64,000 nt of DNA from the sequence record NC_054917.1; one strand, written 5' to 3'. Source of the stretch: Escherichia phage vB_EcoM_G50. A model generated the notes under the pieces. The model made no database searches and was not told the origin of the DNA. It saw only the letters and a program-made list of their open reading frames with translations. The position numbers and the translations under genes are program-made. Below, piece by piece: positions 1 through 9,869 of the stretch; within the stretch, counting starts at the first letter, position 1; each line of letters begins with the position of its first letter.

Positions 1-2178
1 TTAGGCCGCAAGGGCCTTCATAGTTTTAGCGATTTGGGAAACTTCATCATCACTTAAAGAGTTGCGATAACCGATGAAGTCGGAAACAATACGGAATTTC
101 TTGGTAAACTCAGCAACCATTTTATCACTGTTTTTTGAAGCATTACGTGATAATTCATCAAAAAGATTAGTTACTGTCCAGATGTCATGACCGATGGTAT
201 CTTTTCCACCGTTGAAATATACACCCTGTAATGAACTAACCATATTAGCGAGTCGTGTATATTCTTCAGAAACTTCATCTACACTGAAGTACTTCATCAT
301 AAAATCTAGTTCAGGATACTTAATAATTTTATCAATATATCGTTTAGCTGAACTTGAATAACCTACATACTTATCATAATCTACATCATCAAAAGCATCT
401 ACATATAAATCACGCAGTGTTTCAAAAATACATTGGCATTGACCAAGTTCTTTTACCTTTTTCTGCAAAAGCGGACGAATAACATAAAATTCATTAATGC
501 CAATAAGATTCGCCATACGAGTCAAAATACTCGTAGATGGATGACAAAGCGATGTAGTACCATCCATAGAGAAAATATCAGAACGATGCATGTATGCTAC
601 ATAACCAGTAATTTCATCTGCTTCTGACGTAAGTGTAAACAATTCCTCTTTTTCCCAGCGACCATCTTTAATTTCAAACTTAAACGCAGTAGCAGCTTTA
701 GGACGAGGAGCTTTACTTTTAACTGTCTTCGGAATATAACTTTTAACTAAATCTTCAATTTCTGACAAATAATGAATGTTAACTTCATCACTTTCAAACA
801 TTGCCATAATATCAGGGAGTAAATCAATCTGCGATTCTACTTCCGGATTAATAAACAGAAGACGCTCATTGTGATGAATATTCAAAGTGTTATTAAATTC
901 ACTATCATCTAATGCACGTGCTAATCCACGGACAATATTAACACGATTTTTAATATTATCAATAACAATATTAATTTTTGTCGTATTAATACCAAACAGA
1001 CGATAACTTGATGCAACGGCTGAAGTTTCATGACTTTGCTTAATGCGTTTCAGTCGAGGGTCAAGATTTACTTCATACACAACTCCTGCATTGCATAACT
1101 TACTATCAGGTTCAAACATGCTTTGCATCTTCTTATATGACAGATTTTTAGTCGTAAATTTGACTGAATTACTAATCATATAATCTCGAGCAGAATATCC
1201 CATCTTCATCAATTCACGGTATGTATGACGAGGAGATGTAGATTCTTTAAATCGTTTTACATCTTCATTGAATGCCTTCTCACTGAGCTCTTTAACACGC
1301 TCAATAATATTTTTACGAGTACGATCATCTAGTGAAAGAGCCTCACGCGATGGAGCAATATCAAGTGAACCCATTGGAAACTTAATATAATTCACTTCAT
1401 TGCGGATGCTTAACCAGTTACGGTCTCTAATAACACCATCAATAGGATAAACAATACCGCCATAGATAGCATACAATCCACCACGATCTGGCCAGTATCT
1501 TTCTGGATTTACGCCGTAATAGTCATCAAAATCCGGAAAATAATCAATTTCACGGTCAAGACCATTAATGATAGCCAAATCTTTGAATGGTCGCATGATA
1601 TAAGAAACTTCATAAGCAAAGTTTCTAAAGTCTTTTTCTTCAACTGGAACTACGATTTCAATACCAGTTTTATCGTTTGGACCCATTTCTTTTACGAATG
1701 TAGGTTTAATCTGTGGACCGTCACCATCCATGTAAGCTACATAACCGCGAATTTCACCTTTATGGTACGAAGTAATACTGAACGTATCAGTATAACTAAA
1801 CGGAGATTTAGAACCTAAACCAAATCCACCAATGAAATCGTTAGATTCAGCCTTAGATGAACTAAAGTATGAATTATACAACCCAGGAGAATTATCATCA
1901 CCCTGAATATCAAAATCGCTCATACCCGGACCAAAGTCTCGACAAACAAATCGTGGGTCTAATCGTCCTGGAACTTGAATGATAAATTTTTCAGGATTTC
2001 CATTGAGAGCATGGGCATCAATCATGTTGGTAATCAATTCACGGACTACTGCACGAATCTTGTTTGTATACAAATCAGATGATAGAATTTTAAATACTTT
2101 AGGATTTGCTGCGATGCTAAATGCTTTTGATTTAGAACCATTACCAAGAATTGTTTCTTTTTCGGTGGTGATAATCAT
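1..2178 (-). CDS. rIIA: rIIA protein (GHKL-type ATPase-like), 725 aa
   Basis: Full-length ORF; length and sequence match T4 rIIA as recalled. Confidence 0.93.
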   Translation of the reverse strand: MIITTEKETILGNGSKSKAFSIAANPKVFKILSSDLYTNKIRAVVRELITNMIDAHALNGNPEKFIIQVPGRLDPRFVCRDFGPGMSDFDIQGDDNSPGLYNSYFSSSKAESNDFIGGFGLGSKSPFSYTDTFSITSYHKGEIRGYVAYMDGDGPQIKPTFVKEMGPNDKTGIEIVVPVEEKDFRNFAYEVSYIMRPFKDLAIINGLDREIDYFPDFDDYYGVNPERYWPDRGGLYAIYGGIVYPIDGVIRDRNWLSIRNEVNYIKFPMGSLDIAPSREALSLDDRTRKNIIERVKELSEKAFNEDVKRFKESTSPRHTYRELMKMGYSARDYMISNSVKFTTKNLSYKKMQSMFEPDSKLCNAGVVYEVNLDPRLKRIKQSHETSAVASSYRLFGINTTKINIVIDNIKNRVNIVRGLARALDDSEFNNTLNIHHNERLLFINPEVESQIDLLPDIMAMFESDEVNIHYLSEIEDLVKSYIPKTVKSKAPRPKAATAFKFEIKDGRWEKEELFTLTSEADEITGYVAYMHRSDIFSMDGTTSLCHPSTSILTRMANLIGINEFYVIRPLLQKKVKELGQCQCIFETLRDLYVDAFDDVDYDKYVGYSSSAKRYIDKIIKYPELDFMMKYFSVDEVSEEYTRLANMVSSLQGVYFNGGKDTIGHDIWTVTNLFDELSRNASKNSDKMVAEFTKKFRIVSDFIGYRNSLSDDEVSQIAKTMKALAA

Positions 2179-2188
2179 AATTTCCTCA

Positions 2189-2392
2189 TTAATTCATATT
2201 GCGTTTAATAACTTCAGCAACTTCTAGTAGTTCATCTTTAGTTGCGGTGTCGGATTGAATTTTATCTCTAATATCCTTAAAGCGGTTTTTAAACTCTTCG
2301 GCTTCTCCCATATCGAAAAAGCGTTGAATGATTCTATATTCTCGATGAACTGCTTTATCAAAAAGTTCTAAATTTACTCTATATGATTTCAT
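2189..2392 (-). CDS. small hypothetical protein at the rIIA.1 position
   Basis: 67-aa ORF directly upstream of rIIA, same strand. Confidence 0.55.
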   Translation of the reverse strand: MKSYRVNLELFDKAVHREYRIIQRFFDMGEAEEFKNRFKDIRDKIQSDTATKDELLEVAEVIKRNMN

Positions 2393-2417
2393 TTCAATAT
2401 CCTCATTTGCCCAATTA

Positions 2418-2447
2418 ATTATACCACATCCTTGTGGTAAAGTAAAC
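2418..2447 (-). promoter_or_regulatory. T4-type early promoter (GTTTAC -35, TATAAT -10)
   Basis: Minus strand reads GTTTAC-TTTACCACAAGGATGTGG-TATAAT; -35 overlaps the gene 60 stop codon. Confidence 0.6.
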
Positions 2448-2979
2448 TATTGGCTCATCCATTCTTTACGAAGGTCAGCATTATCTCCCATGAGCATTTC
2501 AAAAAGCTCTTTCCAATTCTCAGGAAGTTTAACAACATCATATACTGGGTTTTGAATCATCTCACGATATTCAGATTTTTCCAAAGAGCCAAGTCCCTTA
2601 ATATAACGGATGCTATGTTTAGGTAGAGCATCTTTGGCACTCTCATATTCAGCGACTGTATAAAACCATTCTTGTTTTTTACCGACCTGAGCGATGATTA
2701 CAGGAGTTTTGACAAAGCGAATTCTTCCTTGTTCAAACAGTTCTGGCCAATTACTAAAAAATCCGAGCAGAGAAGGATAAATAGAACCTAATCCAATAAT
2801 CTCTTAATTATGAGGTATTTCTATGGATAGCCCGAAGGCTATCCATCGTGATCTGCGTCTGTCATAATAGCGACATTCGCATAGTTCATTGAAGAGGATT
2901 TAATAGAACGACGAACATTGTTCTGCAATTTATATTTTTTCATATCAACGCTAGAAGAATCAATTTTTACAAATTTCAT
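2447..2979 (-). CDS. 60: DNA topoisomerase II subunit gp60, translated across a 50-nt coding gap (ribosomal bypass)
   Basis: N-terminal 46 codons MKFVKIDSS...DADHDG end in GGA-TAG; translation resumes after landing GGA with LGSIYPSLLGFF...KEWMSQ; matches T4 gp60. Confidence 0.9.
2792..2841 (-). other. gene 60 translational bypass element: stop codon, UUCG hairpin and 50-nt gap ending in landing GGA
   Basis: Minus strand GGA UAG CCUUCGGGCUAUCCAUAGAAAUACCUCAUAAUUAAGAGAUUAUU GGA UUA; take-off GGA at 2842-2844, landing GGA at 2792-2794. Confidence 0.88.
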
Positions 2980-3778
2980 TATACACCTCATAGAACTTTT
3001 CATCAGGAATCCAACCGCGTTTAAATTCATTAAATGCTCGGCCGAATAATTTTGAATTCACAGTTATATTATTAACTGATTTCCATTTAGCAACTCCCGT
3101 TCGTTTATAATGATCGGGGTCATATTTCGTGACGTACCATTCATATAAATTTGGTATTAATTTTACAGCCTCTGGATTTGTCGCTGATTTATTATACCAT
3201 GGTTTCGCTTTTTCAAGTTCAGCTGCTTTTGCAGTAGCAGCAACAGTATTTCCAATACCAACTAATTTTTCAGCTTTAATGCGTGGATCATTAACATGAA
3301 GACGAAAAACTTCGCCCTTTTCATTTTTAAAGCATGTCATGCCTTTAATTCCAGGAAGCTTAACACCTTTATTAACACCGCACCATTCCTTTGGGTTAAA
3401 TGATCCTTTAATTAATAAGGCGCATTTACCCGATTTAATACTTCTCATTAAAACTTTATCTTTCATAAAGTTTTTTGACCATTCAGATACTGCTCTTTGA
3501 TGGTAAATTCTAGCAATTTCATATAATTTACTAGAACGTAAATATTTTTCAGTGTTTAACATTCTATTCATCGCATATGCCATTTCACGATTACGATGAA
3601 TTTTATATAGTAGAAAATGTGCTAAAAAGTGTTCACGAAAAGTCAGTTTCACCAAATTTTCTTTATCATCAGAACCTCCCATTGATCTTGGAAGGATATG
3701 ATGAATTTCACCCTTAAATTTAGAAACGCGGGTTTTACCCCGCACTATTAAGTCATTATAGATTTTTTCGTAATTCAC
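2960..3778 (-). mobile_element. mobA: HNH homing endonuclease (mobA-like) inserted between topoisomerase genes 39 and 60
   Basis: 272-aa ORF with HNH motif (EIHHILPRSMGG...NLV...REHFLAH); GTG start; overlaps end of gene 39 and start of gene 60. Confidence 0.8.
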
Positions 3779-5306
3779 CTACTGTTATCCATTTACCATT
3801 AATCTGTACTTCATCATTTTCATTTACGATAATTGTATCGCCATTTAGTTCGAAAGTAAACCACTCGCCATCTTCTTTTTCTTCAAACGCCTTTTCACCA
3901 AGAACTAATCCAGTGATTGCGCAAATGTCAAACAGTTCTTTGTTTTTAAGCATATCGGCATATGACATACCCCAACTGTTGAGAACTTTACCACGCAATG
4001 GATAACCACCATGAAGTTCTTTATCACGAACATCAATAAGATATCCGATAGCAGAATCACCCTCAGTCAAGAAAAGAGTAGTGTCAGCGTCTTTACCACA
4101 AAGATTCGCTTTAATATGTTTATGAACCTTAGCTTTAGAAGCCTTTTTAGCTGCTTTAGTTTCTGCTGCTTTTTCTGCCGCCAATTTACGAGCCAAGGCA
4201 GCTTCAATAATTGGCATCAGAATTGCTTCATTATTTAGAATAGCGCGTGAAATCTTTTTAGCATCAAGTTGAATATGACTACGGATTTCACCAAATGGAG
4301 AAGTCAAACGCTCTTTAGTTTGAGAATCAAATCGCATGTTTTTCATATCACGAACAAACATAACGATAGTCAAACATTCTTTAACGCGTGCTTTAGTTAC
4401 ATCAATTTTGAACTTGCGTTTGATTTGTGGAATAAGGTCTTCACAAATATCATCCATAACACAGTCAATGTGATGGCCACCATTCTTAGTATGAATGTTA
4501 TTGACGTATGTTAATTGACGAAAACCGTCGGGTGAACGACCAACCGCAATAGAACAATTTTCTTGTTCTTGAACGATAGCATGTTCATCATATTGGCGTG
4601 CATATTTCTTGAAATTACCCTGAACCTTTTTACCATTAAAGGTAAATTGAATATCAGGATAAACTACTGCAAGTGTCTGGAGACGATCTAGTGTAATGTC
4701 AAGATAAACCTGGGACAGCTCATTAGTTTCAAATGACATAAAATCAGGAATGAAAGTAACGCGAGTTCCTTTCCATTTTCCAGGAATATCTTCCCACGAT
4801 TTATTTTCCATGCCATTCGAGCAGCGAACTACAATATTATTTTGACCGTCGCCAGTTTCACCGACAAACATCACAGAAAAAATGTTAGTTAAACTAGAAC
4901 CAACACCGTTCATACCGCCAGTGACGCGTTCTTTATCATCACCGAAGTTACCACCTGCTTTTGGAATAGTCCATGCAGCAACAGGACCAGGAATTTCTTC
5001 ACCAGTAGGTGTTTTAACCATCGCTTGTGGAATACCGCGACCATTATCTTCAACTGTTACTTGATTGTTTTTAATAGTAACATTAATTTTATTCGCGAAT
5101 TTAAACTTAGTACGAATACCTTCATCTACTGAGTTATCGATAATTTCATCAATAAGCTTAACAAGACCAGGTACATACTGAACACTTTCCCATTTACCAA
5201 ACAGAAAGCGCTCATGCATTTCATTAGCAGAAGAGCCAATATACATGCCGCTACGCTTTTTGATATGTTCAATATCGCTCAGAATTTTAATTTCATTCTT
5301 AATCAT
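3756..5306 (-). CDS. 39: DNA topoisomerase II large subunit gp39 (GyrB-like ATPase)
   Basis: 516 codons from ATG at 5306 (track start 5309 is an upstream GTG); GHKL ATPase and toprim-like motifs; matches T4 gp39. Confidence 0.93.
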   Translation of the reverse strand: MIKNEIKILSDIEHIKKRSGMYIGSSANEMHERFLFGKWESVQYVPGLVKLIDEIIDNSVDEGIRTKFKFANKINVTIKNNQVTVEDNGRGIPQAMVKTPTGEEIPGPVAAWTIPKAGGNFGDDKERVTGGMNGVGSSLTNIFSVMFVGETGDGQNNIVVRCSNGMENKSWEDIPGKWKGTRVTFIPDFMSFETNELSQVYLDITLDRLQTLAVVYPDIQFTFNGKKVQGNFKKYARQYDEHAIVQEQENCSIAVGRSPDGFRQLTYVNNIHTKNGGHHIDCVMDDICEDLIPQIKRKFKIDVTKARVKECLTIVMFVRDMKNMRFDSQTKERLTSPFGEIRSHIQLDAKKISRAILNNEAILMPIIEAALARKLAAEKAAETKAAKKASKAKVHKHIKANLCGKDADTTLFLTEGDSAIGYLIDVRDKELHGGYPLRGKVLNSWGMSYADMLKNKELFDICAITGLVLGEKAFEEKEDGEWFTFELNGDTIIVNENDEVQINGKWITVGELRKNL

Positions 5307-5355
5307 CACTTATCCTCGTTTGGTTTCGGGAATATTATACTCCGGTAATCATAAA

Positions 5356-5375
5356 GCTAAAGGCCCGAAGGCCTT
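5356..5375 (-). terminator. C(UUCG)G hairpin directly after the 39.1 stop
   Basis: Plus aaggcccgaaggcctt; minus-strand RNA GGCC-UUCG-GGCC. Confidence 0.5.
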
Positions 5376-5645
5376 TTATTTAAAACGGATAGTCGAATCC
5401 TTGAAGAATAGACCAGAACATACTGTTCCTTCTACTTTCTGCCCGGTAGGTCCAATAGCACGAAATCCAGTATGCTGGAAATCATTTTCAGAGCAACCGA
5501 ACCAATTATATCCAGTGATTTCAATATTAGTAAAACCACTTGAAGACAAAACTTTGGTTGCATTATCAGCATCAGTACATCCTACTAAAGATACTGCTAA
5601 TACTAATGCCGCGATAGAACGATTAACATATTTCATAATTTTCAC
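5376..5645 (-). CDS. small lipoprotein (39.1 position)
   Basis: 89 aa; signal peptide with lipobox LVGC. Confidence 0.55.
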   Translation of the reverse strand: MKIMKYVNRSIAALVLAVSLVGCTDADNATKVLSSSGFTNIEITGYNWFGCSENDFQHTGFRAIGPTGQKVEGTVCSGLFFKDSTIRFK

Positions 5646-6013
5646 TTAAATTTAATGGCTTGAAGGAGACTAATAATTCTCAAGCGACTTCTTTCATCTT
5701 TAACTGTAAAAGAAAGAGGGTCACCAGATTTCATAGTGATAGTGCATTCAAAATCAAAATCTTCAGGAACTTCTTCGAAGAAGTCAAATTCTTCATCATA
5801 AATTAGAACATTACTCTGAAAACTGTGAAGAATTTTTCCATCATTTCCAGATGCTGTACTAATCATTGTAACATTATTACCTTTCATATCTTCAACGATA
5901 AATTCGCTTGTAGATATTACGGCATTAATAGAACCATTCCTATAAATAGAAGAAAGTAGATATTTCTTTTCTTCACCTTCGCGAACACGATATTTCTTAC
6001 CAATTTTAAACAT
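5642..6013 (-). CDS. hypothetical protein (39.2 position)
   Basis: 123-aa ORF, ATGA overlap with downstream gene. Confidence 0.5.
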   Translation of the reverse strand: MFKIGKKYRVREGEEKKYLLSSIYRNGSINAVISTSEFIVEDMKGNNVTMISTASGNDGKILHSFQSNVLIYDEEFDFFEEVPEDFDFECTITMKSGDPLSFTVKDERSRLRIISLLQAIKFK

Positions 6014-6015
6014 AA

Positions 6016-6192
6016 TTACCCTTTAAGTAAGTCGTAAAATCCACCATTCACATGCTTAGGAGCAGAAGGCCGACGAGTAGACAAACGATGACATTTAGGG
6101 CAAACATCATTTTCTCGTTCAGAAATCTTTTTAATTTTTTCATATTCATGCCCACAATCTTCGGATTGGCATTTATAATCATACATTGGCAT
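6016..6192 (-). CDS. FmdB-type zinc-ribbon small protein, 58 aa
   Basis: Hand-translated (below the track size cut-off): MPMYDYKCQSEDCGHEYEK...CPKCHRL; CxxC-x(16)-CxxC; stop 3 nt before next gene start. Confidence 0.55.
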   Translation of the reverse strand: MPMYDYKCQSEDCGHEYEKIKKISERENDVCPKCHRLSTRRPSAPKHVNGGFYDLLKG

Positions 6193-6194
6193 AA

Positions 6195-6620
6195 TTATTC
6201 CTTAAAGTGTGCTTTCAACATCTGATACAAGGACCATGCCTGTTCATTATTTTCAATAGTAACTTTCATGACAGGAAATTCTGTGAAATCTTCTATTTGT
6301 TCTTGCTCTTTCTCTTCCTGCTCTTGCTCTTCAGCTGCCTGATATGGATTTTCCACTTCATCAAAGAACTCGGCTTCGTTAGTAGAGAGCCAGATAAAGT
6401 TTTCGTCAAGGATATCACCGCCGGCACAACGTTTGAGTACACCTATGGATGTCATAATTTTAGTAGGACGCCCAAGATAATCAGCATCTAAAATTTTAAA
6501 AGGCTCCATACCTAAACGCCGCGCATAGATTCCGTTATCAGTATGGTCTTTAATAAAATTTTCTTGAGCTTGTTTATTTTTAAATTGATACCATTTATTA
6601 ACTTCAAATTTAATAGCCAT
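6195..6620 (-). CDS. goF: goF (comC-alpha)-like protein, 141 aa, acidic [10 protein letters not shown] stretch
   Basis: Position after 39.x genes and size agree with T4 goF as recalled. Confidence 0.5.
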   Translation of the reverse strand: MAIKFEVNKWYQFKNKQAQENFIKDHTDNGIYARRLGMEPFKILDADYLGRPTKIMTSIGVLKRCAGGDILDENFIWLSTNEAEFFDEVENPYQAAEEQEQEEKEQEQIEDFTEFPVMKVTIENNEQAWSLYQMLKAHFKE

Positions 6621-6835
6621 TAATAAATTTCCTTCCAGTAAGTTGTGCCGTCTTCAGTAATTTCACGAAATACACCGTAAATTGGCTGTTTATCACCGAC
6701 TTTCTCATACACATAAACAGAAGTCAAGTGAGTAAACTTGCTAGTATGTTCCTTTTGAACTACTACCAAATTTGGATCAAATAATACATCTTCAAATTCA
6801 TCATTAGTGCAGTTCTGAACAATTTTACGTTTCAT
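6620..6835 (-). CDS. cef: cef-like small protein, 71 aa
   Basis: Position between goF and motB; size as recalled for T4 cef. Confidence 0.45.
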   Translation of the reverse strand: MKRKIVQNCTNDEFEDVLFDPNLVVVQKEHTSKFTHLTSVYVYEKVGDKQPIYGVFREITEDGTTYWKEIY

Positions 6836-7007
6836 TACAATTTCCTCATTAATTAAACATTGGAGCGATGCGTTTCAGAAGAGTATCAGCACCTTTGGCG
6901 AATTTTCCATTTTATTCTCCAAGTTGTTTTCTGTATCAGTAGTTGATATTGATATAGTACCATAATCAACTACTGATGTATATAGTTTTATGAAAAAAAT
7001 TTAAACT

Positions 7008-7496
7008 TTATGCATAGAGAGCATTGCTATAGTGTTTAATCCAACTTTCAGGAATGACTTTGTATGTTCCTAAAAATACCACATTGTACAGCTTAACACC
7101 ATCTTCTACCCATTGATCGGTAATGTATCCACACATAGCACGAGTATAAACAACCCTTCCATCGTCTTTGATAAAGTTAAATTCACAAGGAGCAACGAAC
7201 TTGATAGCTTGACCGAGTTTCCACTTAAAGTCTACACCTACATGCGAAGTATCAATCGTTTCAATTCCTTTAGCGGGAACAGCTTTCAAAAACGCAGATT
7301 CAAGAAATTTCGCGCGAACATAACCAAACTGAGGTTTAGACTTTCCATCTTTAGGAATGATACGCACTTTTACTTCAGAATCTTCATCTTTAACGCCGTG
7401 TTTAAGCTGAATGCTTACAATTTCGACCAATTTTCCTGCTGCTTTAGAACGGGATTTATCAGACACACGAGCAATTTCACCAATATTAATAATCAT
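7008..7496 (-). CDS. motB: MotB-like protein, 162 aa
   Basis: Size and position match T4 motB; C-terminal domain shared with next ORF. Confidence 0.6.
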   Translation of the reverse strand: MIINIGEIARVSDKSRSKAAGKLVEIVSIQLKHGVKDEDSEVKVRIIPKDGKSKPQFGYVRAKFLESAFLKAVPAKGIETIDTSHVGVDFKWKLGQAIKFVAPCEFNFIKDDGRVVYTRAMCGYITDQWVEDGVKLYNVVFLGTYKVIPESWIKHYSNALYA

Positions 7497-7572
7497 AGTT
7501 ATCTCTCACTTGTTAAAAAGATTTTATACTCCACAGGACCATTATACTCTGGTCCCAAGAGTTTGTAAACTA

Positions 7573-8115
7573 TTAATTCAAAATAGCTACCACTGCACTA
7601 CGAGGTACTACGCTAAAATCACCCGCATGAACAACGTTCAGAAGTTCAACACCATCTTCAATCCATTGGTCTGTTACCCAACCACAGACCGAAATAAATG
7701 GGGTCTTAATAGCTACCGCATGAGTCAAAAGGTCAGTAGGATCAACTTCTTTGAAGAGGATAAGCTCTGCTTCAAAGACTATAGTTTTAATTACTTCATC
7801 ATTATCTAAACGGTGTACTCGAATCACGTAAGCTTTATTCTTATCATACCAGTTACTTTTTGAAAAACTTTTAACCACAAACTCGCCTTCACCAAAAGCA
7901 TTAGTCAATGCTTTATAACCCAAATTTAGTTCAGTAGTTTTAATTTCAGTTTCAACCAGTTTGTAGGTTTTGCCAATTTCGATGGTCCGAGCAGTCATAA
8001 ATGTTTCCTTAATTTCTAATGGTTTAACAAGAGTGCCGTACATGCTTGCTATATCCATATCAAACGGTTTAGCTACCGGATTTGGTATGTATTCAGGATT
8101 ATAATTAAATTTCAT
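7573..8115 (-). CDS. hypothetical protein with MotB-like C-terminal domain (motB.1 position)
   Basis: 180 aa; C-terminus VTDQWIEDGVELLNVV parallels motB ITDQWVEDGVKLYNVV. Confidence 0.5.
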   Translation of the reverse strand: MKFNYNPEYIPNPVAKPFDMDIASMYGTLVKPLEIKETFMTARTIEIGKTYKLVETEIKTTELNLGYKALTNAFGEGEFVVKSFSKSNWYDKNKAYVIRVHRLDNDEVIKTIVFEAELILFKEVDPTDLLTHAVAIKTPFISVCGWVTDQWIEDGVELLNVVHAGDFSVVPRSAVVAILN

Positions 8116-8117
8116 AA

Positions 8118-8660
8118 TTATCTCATTTCAATAAAATCTACGAGTTCAGCATGCGATTTGCGGAACATTACTTGGTGCCCACCAATGATAACTTCATCTT
8201 CAGGAACTTCGTATACAGCGAGATAAAATCCTTTAGAAGATAATTCTTCCCGCTCTTCTCGTGTGAACCATCTCATCATATCATATTCGCTAGCGAAAGC
8301 AAAATGATAAAGAGCTATAAACCATCCAGGAATATAATGATCTACGCCTACATATTCTTCTTTCTCAAAGTTAGTATTAATTGCTATATTAGCATTTTTA
8401 ACTAATAATTTGTCTTCGCGCGGAAGAGGAATTCTTTTGTTATCATTACTATGATGCATAAAATTAGGTCTGTCATAACCTACGTGTAATAACCACTCTT
8501 CGCTCCATGAATCTATTATACTCCTGTACGGCGTTATTTGAACACAAAGATTTCGACGTATTGTTATAGCATCTTCATTATTAAGAATACTAAACGATGA
8601 TTCAACACGATAAATTTTCATTTTATTATCCTCAGTAGCTATGGTGTTATAATACCACAA
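8118..8660 (-). CDS. hypothetical protein (motB.2 position)
   Basis: 180-aa ORF. Confidence 0.45.
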   Translation of the reverse strand: MWYYNTIATEDNKMKIYRVESSFSILNNEDAITIRRNLCVQITPYRSIIDSWSEEWLLHVGYDRPNFMHHSNDNKRIPLPREDKLLVKNANIAINTNFEKEEYVGVDHYIPGWFIALYHFAFASEYDMMRWFTREEREELSSKGFYLAVYEVPEDEVIIGGHQVMFRKSHAELVDFIEMR

Positions 8661-8678
8661 CTAACCGAGGAAGTAAAC
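8649..8678 (-). promoter_or_regulatory. T4-type early promoter
   Basis: Minus strand GTTTAC-18 nt-TATTAT upstream of motB.2. Confidence 0.5.
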
Positions 8679-8684
8679 AACTTT

Positions 8685-9368
8685 TTATCGTTTTGTTGGA
8701 AGAGATAGAGGATCGCATTCTTCCTCTGACGGAGCGTCTTCTAGACCCATAGCGTATCGCAAAGCATACTTCATCATCAGGATGTCTTTCGCACAGTCAT
8801 GAATAGAATCATGCGCAACGAATCCATCTAAAGTTCCCTTTGGAAGAGGACACGTGGTCATATCACGAACAAGCAGAAGTGCTTCAATTCTGGTACGAAT
8901 ATCACGCTGATTCCAAAATTTACAAGGTTCTAACTTAAATGTATCAAGCTCATTCTCGGAAACACCATTAAGACGTTGAATATCGCGAATGAGATCGACT
9001 AAAATTGGAAAATCAAACGACATTCCACGGCACCAACCTTGAGATTTCCAAGGATCGATATTATGTGCATTGATGTAATCATTAAATTTTGCAATACCGT
9101 CAATAGTGCTTACATCTTCATCTGATGGTGCAATATTTTTTCTAGCTTCAGGTGATTGATTTTTCCACCATTCGATAGTGCTTTTAGTAAAAAGACGATG
9201 TCCTTTTTGGCTTTTTAAATCAAATTTGATTTTAATGCCACGTGAAACTAATTCATCAAATGTTTCAACTACTTCTGGGTTAGGGTCAAAAGCAATTACA
9301 GCCAAATCAATAACAGCTGCTTTTTCACCGCTTCCCATTGTTTCAAAATCTATAATAAAATCAAACAT
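8685..9368 (-). CDS. dexA: exonuclease A (DEDD 3'-5' exonuclease)
   Basis: 227 aa, FDFETMG exonuclease motif; matches T4 DexA. Confidence 0.85.
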   Translation of the reverse strand: MFDFIIDFETMGSGEKAAVIDLAVIAFDPNPEVVETFDELVSRGIKIKFDLKSQKGHRLFTKSTIEWWKNQSPEARKNIAPSDEDVSTIDGIAKFNDYINAHNIDPWKSQGWCRGMSFDFPILVDLIRDIQRLNGVSENELDTFKLEPCKFWNQRDIRTRIEALLLVRDMTTCPLPKGTLDGFVAHDSIHDCAKDILMMKYALRYAMGLEDAPSEEECDPLSLPTKR

Positions 9369-9610
9369 TAAATTTTCCTCGCTAAATCACGAATTTGACC
9401 TACAGTATAGTCTTGAATATAAACTTTATTAATAGGCTCATCAATAAATTTTGCCATAGATTCAATATCTTTTTGCATCTCTTCAAGACTGTATATTATC
9501 TTTAAAGCTTTTTCGCGAATAGTAATATTTTCAGGACCCGAATTTTTCTCAATGACAGCTTTAACATTTGTCATAAGAGATTTAAACTGCTGCAAACTTA
9601 ATTCAATCAT
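9368..9610 (-). CDS. hypothetical protein (dexA.1 position)
   Basis: Start moved to internal ATG after the upstream stop; paralog of the next ORF. Confidence 0.45.
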   Translation of the reverse strand: MIELSLQQFKSLMTNVKAVIEKNSGPENITIREKALKIIYSLEEMQKDIESMAKFIDEPINKVYIQDYTVGQIRDLARKI

Positions 9611-9863
9611 TAATAACCGCCTTATAAAGATGGCTAATTTCACCTAAAATGTAATCACTGATTGTAACAGTTTTTACTTCACCACAAAAGAATTCTAACG
9701 CAATCAAATCTCGTTCAATTTCTTCCAATTGAAGCATTAACTTGCCTGATTCAGTTTTCACATTTTTGCGATTTTTGCTATAAGCTATTTCATAAATTTC
9801 GCTTACTTTATCTTGAAGAAGATAAAACTGATCTTTAGTTATTTCCACGAATAGCTTCCTCAA
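9603..9863 (-). CDS. hypothetical protein (dexA.2 position), paralog of dexA.1
   Basis: 86 aa; shares LEE..D..........DY..G.I..L with dexA.1. Confidence 0.45.
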   Translation of the reverse strand: MRKLFVEITKDQFYLLQDKVSEIYEIAYSKNRKNVKTESGKLMLQLEEIERDLIALEFFCGEVKTVTISDYILGEISHLYKAVIND

Positions 9864-9869
9864 ATTTAA

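Noticed and set aside
5245-5649. 134-aa plus-strand ORF
   Set aside because: Antisense to gene 39 start and 39.1; no ribosome binding site
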